From NCBI GenBank assembly GCA_012295275.1, contig CM022667.1, positions 21,638,001 to 21,702,000 of the forward strand: DNA of 64,000 nucleotides, written 5' to 3'. Positions 48,801-61,500 of the stretch are shown here, in pieces. The first letter of the stretch is position 1. Each line of letters begins with the position of its first letter. Source of the DNA: Chrysomallon squamiferum. Lineage: Eukaryota > Animalia > Mollusca. The position numbers and the translations under genes were made by a program. The notes beneath the pieces were generated by a model, which worked only from the letters and a program-made list of their open reading frames with translations, was not told where the DNA came from and searched no databases.

Positions 48801-51800
48801 TGAATGTCTCTATCTCTCACTCTGTCTTTCAATCTCTGAATGTCTCTTTCTCTCAGTCCCTGAATGGTTGTCTCTACTCTCTTTCTCTCAGTCTCTGTCT
48901 TTCTCTCAATCTCTGAATGTATCTCTTTCTCTCAGTCTCTGAATGCCTCTGTCTCTACTCTCTTTCTCTCAATCTCTGAATGTCTCTCTTTCTCTCAATC
49001 TCTGAATGTCTTTCTTTCTCTCAATCTCCAAATGTCTCTCTTTCTCTCAATCTCTGAATGACTCTCTTTCTCTCAATCTGTGAATGTCTCTCTTTCTCTC
49101 AGTCTCTGAATGTCTGTCTCTTACTCTGTCCTTCAATCTCTGAATGCCTTTCTCTCAATCTCTGAATGTCTCTCTGTCTCTCACTCTCTGAATGTCTTTC
49201 TCTCAATCTCTGTCTCTGTCTTTCTCTCAAGTTCTGAATGTCTGTCTCTCACTGTCTTTCTCCTAATATCTGAATGTCTCTTTCTGTCTATCTCTGAATG
49301 TCTTTCTCTCAATATCTGAATGTCCGTTTCTCACAATCTCTGAATGTCTTTCTCTCAATCTCTGAATGTCTCGCTCTCTTTCTCTCAAGTTCTGCATGTC
49401 TCTCTGTCTGTCACTCTGTTTTTCTCTCAATCTCTGAATGTCTCTCTGTCTCTCACTCTCTGAATGTCATTTTCTCAATCTCTGAATGTCTTTCACTCTC
49501 TGAATGTCTTTCTCTCAATCTCTGAATATCTCTCTTTCTCTCAAGTTCTGAATGTCTGTCTCTCACTGTTTTTCTCTTAATATCTGAATGTCTCTTTCTG
49601 TCTATCTCTGAATGTCTTTCTCTCAATATCTGAATGTCCGTTTCTCACAATCTCTGAATGTCCGTTTCTCACAATCTCTGAATGTCTTTCTCTCAATATC
49701 TGAATGTCTCTTTCTCACAATCTCTGAATGTCTTCTCTCACAATCTCTGAATGTCTTTATCTCAATCTCTGAATGTTTCTCTCTTTCTCTCAAGTTCTGC
49801 ATGTCTCTCTGTCTGTCACTCTGTTTTTCTCTCAATCTCTGAATGTCTCTCTGTCTCTCACTCTCTGAATGTCATTTTCTCAATCTCTGAATGTCTTTCT
49901 CTTGCTCTTAGAATGCCTTTCTCTCAATTTCTGAACGTCTCTGTCTCTCAATCTCTGAATGTCTCTCTGTCTCACTTTCTGTATGTCTTTCTCTCACCCT
50001 CTGAATGTCTCTTTGATACTGATGTATAATGCTGTTATTTAATAATGTTTGCATACAGACGAATTTCCTGTGTACTTAGTGCCAAATGATTTGCTCAGTA
50101 CAAGGGGGGAGATGTTGATGCGTGTGCGTGAAAGGTGGGTATCACTACTTGACAGCAACAAACGAATAACAAGTGAATGGGAACTGAACAAAATCAGACG
50201 CTACAAGGAGGAAGATCCAAACACTTTCTGGATTGAGATTGGCAGGTTGGAATAAATTTGTATTGTAACTATTTTTAGTTTTTTTAAAAAGTCTTGTAAT
50301 TTTAATACTTCTTGGCTGAAACAAATAAATTATTAAACATGTTTAAGACTAACATGCAGGCAGGAAGGGAAAAGAAGGAAGAAAGGAAGGAAGTGGGTAA
50401 TATTTTCTTAAGGATAGCATAAAGAAATAAAAAAGTCGATTTTGTTGACGCTTTTAGTGTAATCACGCATTTCAAATTCAAACCAATATGTTTATAATGT
50501 ATAACAATTTATATAAATAAATTAGTGTTTTTTTTAAATAAAACTTTTTTATCACAGAACTAGTGAAACAGGAGAAGGAAGACTTGTGTTTACAACAACA
50601 TATGCACACAAAATATTAGAGAAAATTCACAATGAAGCCATAAATTTGACCCATATGTCAATCTGGTCATCATCAGAAACCAGTAAGTCAGTTACTTCAA
50701 GTAGAAATCAGTAAGTCAATTAATTCAAGAAGAAACACAGGTAAGTTACTTTGGTAGAAACAAGTAAGTCAGTCACCTCAAGTAGAAACAATTAAGTTAG
50801 TTACTTCAAGTAGAAACAAGTAAGTTACTTTGGTAAAAACCAGTAAGTCAGTTATTTCAAGTAGAAACTAGTAAGTCAGTTACTTCAAGGAGAAACCAGT
50901 AAGTCAATTACTTCAAGTATAAACCAGTAAGTCAGTTACTTCAAGTAGAAACAAGTAAGTTACTTTGGTAGAAACAAGTAAGTCAGTTACTTCAAATAGA
51001 AACAAGTATGTCATTAGTTACTTCAAGTAGATACAAATAAATCAGTTATTTCAAGTGGAAATAAGTAAGTCAGTTACTTGAAGTAGAAATAAGTAAGTCA
51101 GTTACTTCACGTAGAAAGTAATAAGTTACTTTGGTAGAAACAAGCAAGTCAGTTACTTAAAGTAGAAACAATTAAGTTAGTTACTTCAAGCAGAAAGAAG
51201 TAAGTCAGTTACTTCAAGTAGAACAAGTAAGTAATTTTATTAAACTTCATACTCACAGGTTTTTTTTATCAAAGTATTTTATAATACAAATTCCATGATC
51301 TTGCTAAGGACCCTATTATGTTAGAAAGTGAGATGTTTTAGCTAAACTCTCTGGTTTGTTTCAGGTAACCTTTGTCTTCCTGTTTTTCCAGACCAGGGGC
51401 CAATGTTAAGACCAGTGAACAATCCAATCCTCCATCATAGGTTCCTTTCTGAGACTGATTTATCTGAGATGGGTAAAAGCTTTGAGCCAACAGTTGGCTG
51501 GCAGAAACACAATGCATCAAGTGTCAAACATGGACATATGAATGGACAGAGAGATAGTGGCTACATAGAAAGTGGCTCTTTTCTTGTTGAGAAATCTAAA
51601 AAAATTGGAAGAAGTCAGACTCTACCAGCACCACCTCCAGTTCAGGATGATTGTATGTCCAATGAAAGACCTCAAGGACAGTTAATGCAGAGAAGACTAG
51701 AATGGATTCAGAGTCTTCACTCAGAGAGGAAACCTAGTCAATCATCTCAGCTAGAAGATATTTCTGAAACTGACAGGTATTTCAAACTTGAAGAAGATGA

Positions 51801-52194
51801 GGATGTAAAGGGGCATTCTTCACAAGACCTGTCAACAGAAAATGAAGATGAAATGTTTGAGATTATGGATAGTGAAATTCCTGCATTGCCAAAACGTAAG
51901 CTGAAATGTGAGTATATATATATATATATATATATTACTTATTTAAAAAGTTAATAAATCGTTATGTGTTTGTGTTTTGTGTGGGTGTGTCTGTCTGTGT
52001 GCATATTAATAAGTGTATATTACAATTTGATGTGTGTGCATTAATGATAAGCAATGCTATGGTTTTTCAAAAACATTGCTATACAATAGATTATTTTATG
52101 TTAATGTGTATGTGTTAGTACTTGTTAGTATGTGTATTTTTAAAAATACATTATTATTATATTTACAGCTGATGATGATGACTTGTCAGATTGA
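44472..52194 (+). CDS. DOK/IRS-like docking protein: PH domain + IRS-type PTB domain + disordered tail (~408 aa)
   Basis: Exons 44472-44555, 44903-45137, 45741-45806, 50059-50245, 50558-50682, 51392-51895, 52169-52194 (1227 nt, in frame). PH: KYGYV..KKLKIFKKRWLVL...EADDWVDSIR; PTB: WELNKIRRY...FWIEIGRTSETGEGRLVF. In-frame alternative acceptor (51365) and donor (51907) exist. Confidence 0.8.
45830..50015. repeat. 4.2 kb intronic satellite built on TCTCTCAATCTCTGAATG-type ~20-22 bp units, starting from a pure (CT)n tract
   Basis: Very many CTCTGAATGTCT cores with variable CT spacers; fills nearly the whole intron 45807-50058. Confidence 0.95.
50675..51232 (+). repeat. Minisatellite, 28-bp unit AGAAACMAGTAAGTCAGTTACTTCAAGT with ~23-bp variants, starting at the exon-5 donor
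   Basis: About 20 tandem units, roughly 15 retaining GTAAGT; the first unit overlaps the exon/intron junction at 50682/50683. Confidence 0.92.
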
Positions 52195-54769
52195 CATTAT
52201 ATGTTGATCTTCATAAAAAAACAACTAGCCTGACCTAATGACAGTGACAAATTGTAACTGATTGTTTGACTCTTGATTTGTGAGTAAAACATTAAGTGAT
52301 TGCTTGATGGATCATCACATCACATCACTAAAGGACTACGAATGTTCAGCATCTAATACTTTTTTGTAATTCATGTAATTTTTTAACAAATTACATAATC
52401 TGTTCACTGATTACTTAGATAATTCAAAACAAAACAAAGATAATTTCTATTAGTGAACCAAAGAATGATAGAGCACGTTACAAAATGTTTAATATTATTG
52501 TGTTACTATTTAATATTTCTTTTAAATGTTTTATTTTTATAGAATTCATATCTATTAATATTCATAATTAAAGTATTTGATTAAACATTTTTGATAACAG
52601 TATTAATATCATTTTAATCTGATGATAGCCATGTAACTTGCACATTGATGACAATATTATCTTTTAAATGTGATTTAATGTTATCAGTTATCACTATAAA
52701 TATCAATTTTGTTACCATTTTTCCTATGTAATAACTTGATTTATAACCTCTCCCTCATAATTAATCATCACCTATTTTTAATATCTTTGTTTAATTGCAT
52801 CATGTTCTTAAATGAATTTCACATTAATGTAAGTGTTGTCATTCTTTGACAGTCACAAATTTAATGTCATTGGCCATTTTGTCCAATACATTATTTATTT
52901 ACATTTTTAATCTTAATTTGATGAAAGGCCCAGGTCATTTTCAGAGTGAAGCTTATACTGTAAATTTAATTATTTTTGTTATTTAACAAGTACATCCAAT
53001 AAAATATATTGTTAAAAATGAAAAATAACGAAAACATAAATTTGTTTTCTGTAAATTATTCTACACAGTGCAATGTTATTCACTATATATCTCACTGTGA
53101 CATTTTTTATTATTTAATTTAAAATTAGATTCCAATTAAATCCTGTTTTACAGGTTATTTTCTTCAACATTTCTGTACTTTTTATGAAATTATTATGAAA
53201 TAGAAGAAGAGCAGAGAGAGGTACCAAATAAATATTCATAATTAAAAGTTTTGTCATCCTTGTGTGAACTGTATCAACTGTGACTCAGATTTCTTAATCC
53301 TTTTGTACCCTCACATCAGATGACAAGAGATTATACCTTAACTCAACGTCCTACATTTGCTAAACAAAATAATTTTTAACAAATGTACTTTGATCCCATT
53401 TTCATTACAAGGAAGTGATCTAGAATTTCAGAACATAGACTTAATTTTTAGTTATCTTATACCTAACTGTTTTGAAAAGTGACATTTATTTTTACCACCA
53501 TTTCAACATTTTTATCATTATGTTTACATTTATTTTAATATGTTTATGTCCATGCCTTTTTATATTTTAGTTTATTAGTTTACACTGTAAAAAAAACCTT
53601 GAACTTACTCAGTATGGAGAGTGCTATATAAACATATTTTAATCCACTAATCAAGGTTCTAAAATGAAAACTATTAATAGAAAATCTACGGTCTATATTA
53701 TTCTATTGAACACTGATAAAACTGAATGTGCTTTTGATTTTTCTGTTGAATTCCAAATAATATCATGGTAATATTTTGAATTCAATCTTTAAAAATAATA
53801 AATAAGTAAATAAATAAATAAATAAATAATAATAATAATTAAAAATGTTTAACACAACAAAGATGAAGTCATTGTTATGACATCTGAGATGAAGGTATTT
53901 TCAATGAGAAAACATAACAAAGGTGATTATTTACAAGACAGTTTACTATTAATGTTGTTGAAAGACATAGTTAAGTCACATACAGTGTACCAAATGGCAA
54001 CTGATCATTTCTCTGTAAAACACTGACTAGCTAAGAGCAGGCTGCAGTTTTTAAAGATACTAACATTCTAAACTTACAATAAACAGTTCTTTTTTGTCAT
54101 TATTAATAGTAACACAAATTAAAAGTTAACTATATATCTAACATATTTCTTCTTACAAAGTATAAATGAAAAAAACAAGAAACAAAACAAAAACAAAAAT
54201 TATAAATAAAATAAAGTATATTTTATATCCATACACACACACAAAATAATAATAATAAAATAAAGAAATATTAAAAATAACTAACACAGAAATAAAAATT
54301 CAATAATAATATTAATTACTCATTATTTTAACGTAATATTAATTGTAAACAGTTCACTGTATTTCATTTTTCTTTTTAAGAATACAAAAACTAATCTTCC
54401 TGCTGCCTTTAACCACAGGTTAACAAAACCAAACAAATTTCTTAGTAACAACTGTCTGGAACAAATTAATCTTTATATACACAACAATGTGGTTTTCTTC
54501 ACTAAATTACTTAATTTCTGACAGCTGAAATAATAATTTAGAGAACAAGCAAACTCAGTCTACGATAAAACTGCAGTAACAGTACATGTATGTGTACAGT
54601 ATATCCCTGCAGCAAGGTATCATCTACAGTTTTCAAATTTTATGTATTTTCAGTATTGTGAAAAAAAAAATGTTTTATTCATCTCATTTTCATTAACTTA
54701 TTAAAATTACAATTCTAAAATAAACTGTATAGGAAAGCAATACATATCAATGCTATAGTTCAAATTTGT

Positions 54770-54804
<35 letters not shown>

Positions 54805-57800
54805 TATATATATATGTCAATACAAGCTCACAGAATATTTTGCTGGACATGCTGAAAATTGTTATTACCACTGGATTTTTTTTTTGTTGTTGTTTATTTT
54901 TATTTTATTTACATTTTTGAAAAGTTGACTAAAAACACTGAATTTAAATTACAAAAAAACAACAACATTAAATTCAAATTCAGTTCATGCACATTTGATA
55001 ATATATATCTAGCATACAAATTATTTACCTTACTCATAACTAACAATATCAAACTGAAAAGTTATTGCTTTCAAAAGGCAAGATTACAATGAATAATAAT
55101 AAACATTCAGCCATTGCTCATTCTCACAAACATACTTTTACCACACCTGCTTACAAAGCATGAAAAGTGAACTAATAGCTTTGGGTCTACTGTTAAAATA
55201 ATTCATTCATTTTTGATTGAAGCAAACATTGGCCGTCAGTCAAAATCTGATGGAGTTTTAGAAATAAAATATAAATATGTACACTACTAAAGTAACTAAA
55301 AATTTAAAACTTGTGGATATTGTTTCACTTGGATCAAATCAAAATTTTATGGTTCTTAACAGTGGGTATAAAATAATTAAATACAAACAACTGTTTTTGA
55401 CACATATCTCTATCTCTGTGCTTTCCAAACAGATATATACATACTATTTCCTATAGCAAACATTAACAAGTACTTGTTTACACAGACACGCCAATAGCTT
55501 TTTCACACAAGAGATTTCTGAGTCACTGTATTAAACATAGCAAAAGACCCTAGCTCATTTTATAATATCATATGATCATAATCATGATTGTTTTACCAAC
55601 AAATTTTTTTTATATAAAGAGAACAAAATACACGAACATCTACAGAATGAAGAAAAAGTTATTTTTCCAAGATTCTGAAGTTAATGTGACAAACAGACCA
55701 GTTCAACAAACCTAAAATCTTAATTTTGTAGTGACACAGTTAATAATAAATGTTTATATTTATTTTATTTCTTTTCTTTCAAATTATGCTAAGATTAAAT
55801 CAATTAATGCAAACTGATTGTTTTCTTTGTTTGAACAAAAGCTAAAATTATTGATAAAAAATAATAAATATTTATAATACTCATTTCAGTTACATTTTCA
55901 ATCTTGTAAAATTAATTTTTAAAGATATTTTTAGCTCTCTAATACATTTTTGATTGTCACCATAATATGACATTTAAAAAAAATTAATAATAAAAACAAA
56001 AATAAATAAAGATTTTCACAAATCAGATGTACTGAAGAAAGTTGAAGATAATATATAATGATGTTATATTTAAATGTAGACACCAAGTAATTTTTTTCTT
56101 CATTTTACAATGTATTTTAATATATATATATGTGTATGTCAAATTCAATATCATTTATCTGTATTAATTACTTCTTTTTTCTTTGTATGCTGATACATAA
56201 AAACAGAAATATATGTTTATTATTATTTCAAATTAATATTAAAATAATAGGTGTATAATCAAAAGGGGATTTCAAATCTGATTCCTGAATTAATAAACTT
56301 TGAATCACCAAACATCAGTAACATAGGACACATTTATTATTATTTTAAAGTATCTTTAAAAAAAAAACACACCCCAAAACCCCCATCATTTGTGCACCTA
56401 TAAAAATGTATCCATATAGAATATACTTCAAATTATTAAAATCAATTCTGAACTACAAAGAGAGATGAACAAAAATGTGTTAAGATTATTTTATTTTCAA
56501 TAATCTTCAAAAGAAAATGTACAAGAAATAAATATTTGATTATTTATTTTTTATGCCTGACAACTTAGACTATTGGTTTTTGGTAACAGCTAATTATTTA
56601 TAACAAAATATTTTAACAAAGTAACCAAATACACAGAATCAGAAAATAATACATCTATAAATGAAGAAGTAAATTACAAAACCCCTTATTTATTAAACAT
56701 GCAACACCAAAGAATTAAAATGTAGTATTACAACAAATAAACACATCTTCAATGTTCAATATTAATATGAACATTAGTGAATTTTTATTATCATGTATAT
56801 CACAATTCTACATATTCTTTTCAGCTGAGTGGCTTTAATGTAGCTTTTTTATTTTTATTTTTTCTTACATACTTTTATTCTATTAGAATTTTATTTTCGT
56901 GTTTTTAAATAGTTAAATAAATGCAAAATACAGAACACATCCTTTTAATTATATACACAAGTAACATTAAAAAAAATAAATGAAAAAATGAAAAGAAAAA
57001 GAAACATAAAACAAAGAATATTTCCTGTCAAAAAATAAACATTTGTACATTATACAAGCACATACAGAAATTGGTAGCACTGTATTACATGTGGTTTTCA
57101 TCTTCATAACCCAAGTCTTTTATTTTATTCTGCTATATGTGCACAACTTTTAATTAAAAATAAATAAATATATAACTGAATTTATACATAAAAATTAAAT
57201 TCAAATTAATAAATAATATACTGCTTTCGAGCACAGTACAAATTTGCAATATTATTATAATTTTTCAGTGGTCCAAGCAAAATCAAAAGTAGCAAAATAA
57301 AAAAATAAAAATAATAAAAATAAAAATAAAGAAATTTCCTGTCAAATAAAAAATTAAAAGGAAAAATATAAAGAAAATATATAAAAAGAAAATGAATAAG
57401 AAAAAGAAAGGTGTGGAACAATGGGAAATATTAGAAAATAAATGTTTATCTGAAGTGACTAAAAGGCCTGGCTTATAAGGACAGTGGTTTGGCTCAATAT
57501 TATCTCATCATAATATATGACAGCACAGTTTGATTTTTAGTGTTGTACTGCTACAACATTTATATTGTACCAGAAGAACCCAACAATGAACAAATCACAA
57601 TATATACACCACTGTTAAAACCAAATATGTGGTAATAGTCCATTATGCATGATCACAATACACACATTCTTTCTCAAACAAAATGCTCAAGCATTCACAT
57701 TCATCCACACATTTTCAAATATACATTCTTATATTAATATTCCTTTGCAAGTAAAAGTTTATGTATGTCTTGGTAGGGAACACAAAAATATGCAGTTCAT

Positions 57801-58505
57801 AGTCTTTAACCAATCCAAGTTATCATCTGTATATAAACAATATGATAGCACTGAAGATCTTGTACCAGTATAAATATTTTTCAACACTTTAGATATATGC
57901 CATCTCAGTTTTAAGTTAAATTCAGTTTAAAAAATCATCTAAAATTATATAAATTTTGGTAAATGTGATTAATTCTGAATTATGATATTTCTCAACATTT
58001 GATAATAATAAATTACACATAGGTTATTTATTTTATTTTATTTTATTTTATTTTATTATTGAAATCAAATCAAAAAAAGTATTTTGATTCTCACTGGCCA
58101 ATTCTTGTAAATGTGAAAAAAAGATCTCCCTATTTTTATGATAATACTTAATTTACAAACGATAAATATATCTATATTCTATATTTTCATTTCCATGAGA
58201 TAAAGCAAACAATAAAAATTTTAACAGTTTTTATTTGTTGATTTCATTACTTAATAAATTAATATTTAAAAAAATTATAAAAAGATATTTTTATAACAAA
58301 AAATAGCATATATCCAAGATGAAGTAAAAACATTTACTAAAACATATACATGGAGATTTTCACATAAGCAAAATTCAGTGATTGTTTAGCTAAGAAAGCA
58401 TGTAATTCATATTTCTCAGCAAAAGAAAACACTCTGGTGTTGTCTCAACAAGGGAAATAACTTCCCTCTTTTGTTCAATTCCAAGATTTGTGTAATCACA
58501 GGTTG

Positions 58506-61500
58506 CTATTCTGAGGGGTGCTCTGGACATGATCGATTAACCTCAAACCACTTATCAATACATCTGAAAAGAAACACAAAACAATTGGTCTTCCTAGTGC
58601 AGTTTGTGTCATAGTCCCATTTTGGTGACCCCTGTCTTGCAAACCATTTGACCAATGGGTTCAAACTTCAGCTGTGAAAGTTCTTTTATAGATGCTTACT
58701 GGTGGCAACAAATCACAAAATTTTAAGTCAGCAAAAGTATTTAGAATAGAATTCTCCAGCAACATAAGATGTTTAAAAGATAACTGCTGATAAAGTGGGT
58801 GCATGCTACATTTTATAAACAGTAATGGAATTTGTTTTTTAAATAGTGATATATAAATTGTAATGGTTGTTTTTTAAATTGTAATCTATTATTTATAAAC
58901 ATACATTAAAATATCAATAGAAACAATAAACTCAAAAAGCACATACACATTTAAATTATCCAGGATTTTTTCATAATAAACATTTCTATGTAATTTCTAA
59001 TTATTTTGTAACTGTTGTTAATTACATGCAAAAGATTTTATATATATAAATAATAATAATAATATACTGCACAATATGTCAGATAACAATAATAGTATTA
59101 TAATAACAGCAATACATACGATTTGTGATATATACAGAGGCAAGGTAGCCTTGCTATTACATTTCCTTTCTCAAGTTCTTCAAAACAAATAACACATTCT
59201 CCTTTATCTTCAGCCAGAATATCCTCTGAAATAAATTTACATTTTACTTGTTAGAAACAATTTTATTGTTCAAAAATAGACAGATAATCCATGAGAGTAT
59301 AACACTGGAAATACCGGGAAAATGATTAATTAGTAAGCACTGTTTTACTTCAAACAAATGCTGTTTCAAGAATTCATTTTTACACTGAGTTACACAGACT
59401 AAAAATGTAACTGTTTTAAAAGAATAATTCTCACCATTATAGGTTATTCTGGGTTTAGTGAGACACATTACAAGGTGGCACTCTAGTTCATCAGGAGCAA
59501 TAAACTTGGAACATACTGGACATTTGATACCTGCAACAGAAAAATATTTTACTAAAAATATACATATACACACACAAACGCACGCAGAGACAACTGCAAG
59601 GAAGAAAATGTTTTATTTACAACTTATTTATAGTCTACTCTTTCTCATTAATTCCAGGGGGTCTTTTTATTATGTATAATCCCAAGACAAAGTAATACAT
59701 ACTCTGGATAATATATCAGTGTTTCCATCAAGGAGGGAAAGTGGAGAGAAATAAAAATAAAAAAAATAAAAAGAGAGAATTAATAAAAAAATATAAAATA
59801 ATAAAAATATGAGAAAGAGAAAGATAAACAGAAGTTAAACCATATAAAGAAATAATAAATATAATAAAAATTATAAATAAATAATATCTTTGTTGATAAG
59901 AAACAATACACCTAAATATATTCTGCACAATTTTACATGTACAATTAACAAATTAAAAAAATATTCAAATCTTAACTTTTACTTTAAAAGTTTCTAAACA
60001 TGTCCAACCATTCCTGTGGACAGATGCTGGAACCACTGAACAACTACTACATAAGATTAACTGAACTCATTTTAAGTTAATCTTCATCTGTATCAGCATG
60101 CTAAGGTATAAAAATAATTTAAAATGTGTTGGCTAAAAAATTTGCTTCAACAGATTAGCTGCTGTATTTTAAATGGATATTTCTAAGAATGCTTTGAGCT
60201 GCTGCCATTAATAAAGCAAACAAGAGAGACCAGCTTTAATCAGTCATAAAGGTTTTGTGTTTCTCCTGCATAACACATCACACTAAAGAGGACTGGAAGT
60301 AACTCTGTGTCAGATTAATCTTGAAATTTTTTATTTATAACTGGGGTCTTCTTAGTTCTGAATGATTTGCCCAGTCCATTTTGTTGCAAGGCTCAAACTG
60401 TTTAGAAAGCATCAAATATATGATAAATTTTTGTTACTGAAACGAAAAAAAATTAATGCTATTACCTCAAAATTTGGAAGTCCACACTTTAATGTTCATT
60501 TTAACTTTTATAAATTACTATTTGAATTTTGCTGTTGATATAAATTTAGTGAAAGAACAACAATAAAAAACCCAAAAGCTGTTACCTGAAGAAGAAAACT
60601 ATGCAAAATGACCACATACTAAATGATATAAATGTTTTTGTCACAAAACTGACAATTATTTTCTGTTTTTTCATGGGCAGTGGACGGGGCAATTTCATCA
60701 TCTATATATAGGTATGTGACAAAAGACCTATGTTGCTGCAGAAGATCACCTGATTGTCGAGACGTGTTTTTGCTTATTATTGTTTCATCATTATTTTTAT
60801 ATAATTTCAAAAGCAAAATAGATTACAACACAGTATACACATTTAGCTTCATCACAGTATTCATTTTTTGACATGTCATTTTTGATAAACAACAGACGAA
60901 ATCACTGTTTCAAAATGATCATGTGTCCCATATATGCTTACTTGAGTTCAAATCATAAATAATACACAGATTACAAATTACGCATTTCTCTCATAGTCTG
61001 CCAATTATTTAGGTAACTGACAAGTTAATTTTTGGATAGCAAAATGAGTGGTGTTCTCAGCAAACAACACAAACAAAAATGATGCAGCCATAGCTGATGT
61101 CTTACAAGTTTGATGTTTCATTTATTTTATTGAGTGGGTATTTATGTGGCATAACAAAAAAAGAGTAATGGTATGAAACACATCTTTTGTCACATACCTA
61201 TATACAGATGATGAAATTGTCCCCTGTCCACTGTCCATGAAAAAACAGATAATAACTGTTTTGTCTTCTGTCAGTTTTGTGACAAAAACATATTTATATC
61301 ATTTAGTATGTGGTAATTTCTAAATTTACCAAAAACTCTATTTTCAGACATAATTCACACACATTCTTTTATGAAATGTTAGATCTGTATTTATAATGAA
61401 GGCATAAGGCAAATTAACAGAAAATATTGCTATAAATTAACTGGTTAAAAAAAGAAATGTTAGCAAAATGATTGGATATGCAAAGGCTGCTACAATTCAT

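Noticed and set aside
46062-50029. Many ORFs (SLNVFLSISECL / RERHSEIER) in the track
   Set aside because: They are translations of the intronic satellite; the flanking exons join in frame across it.
50675-51232. 28-bp partly palindromic repeat array resembling CRISPR
   Set aside because: Units are head-to-tail with no unique spacers, there are no cas genes, and it sits in a eukaryotic intron.
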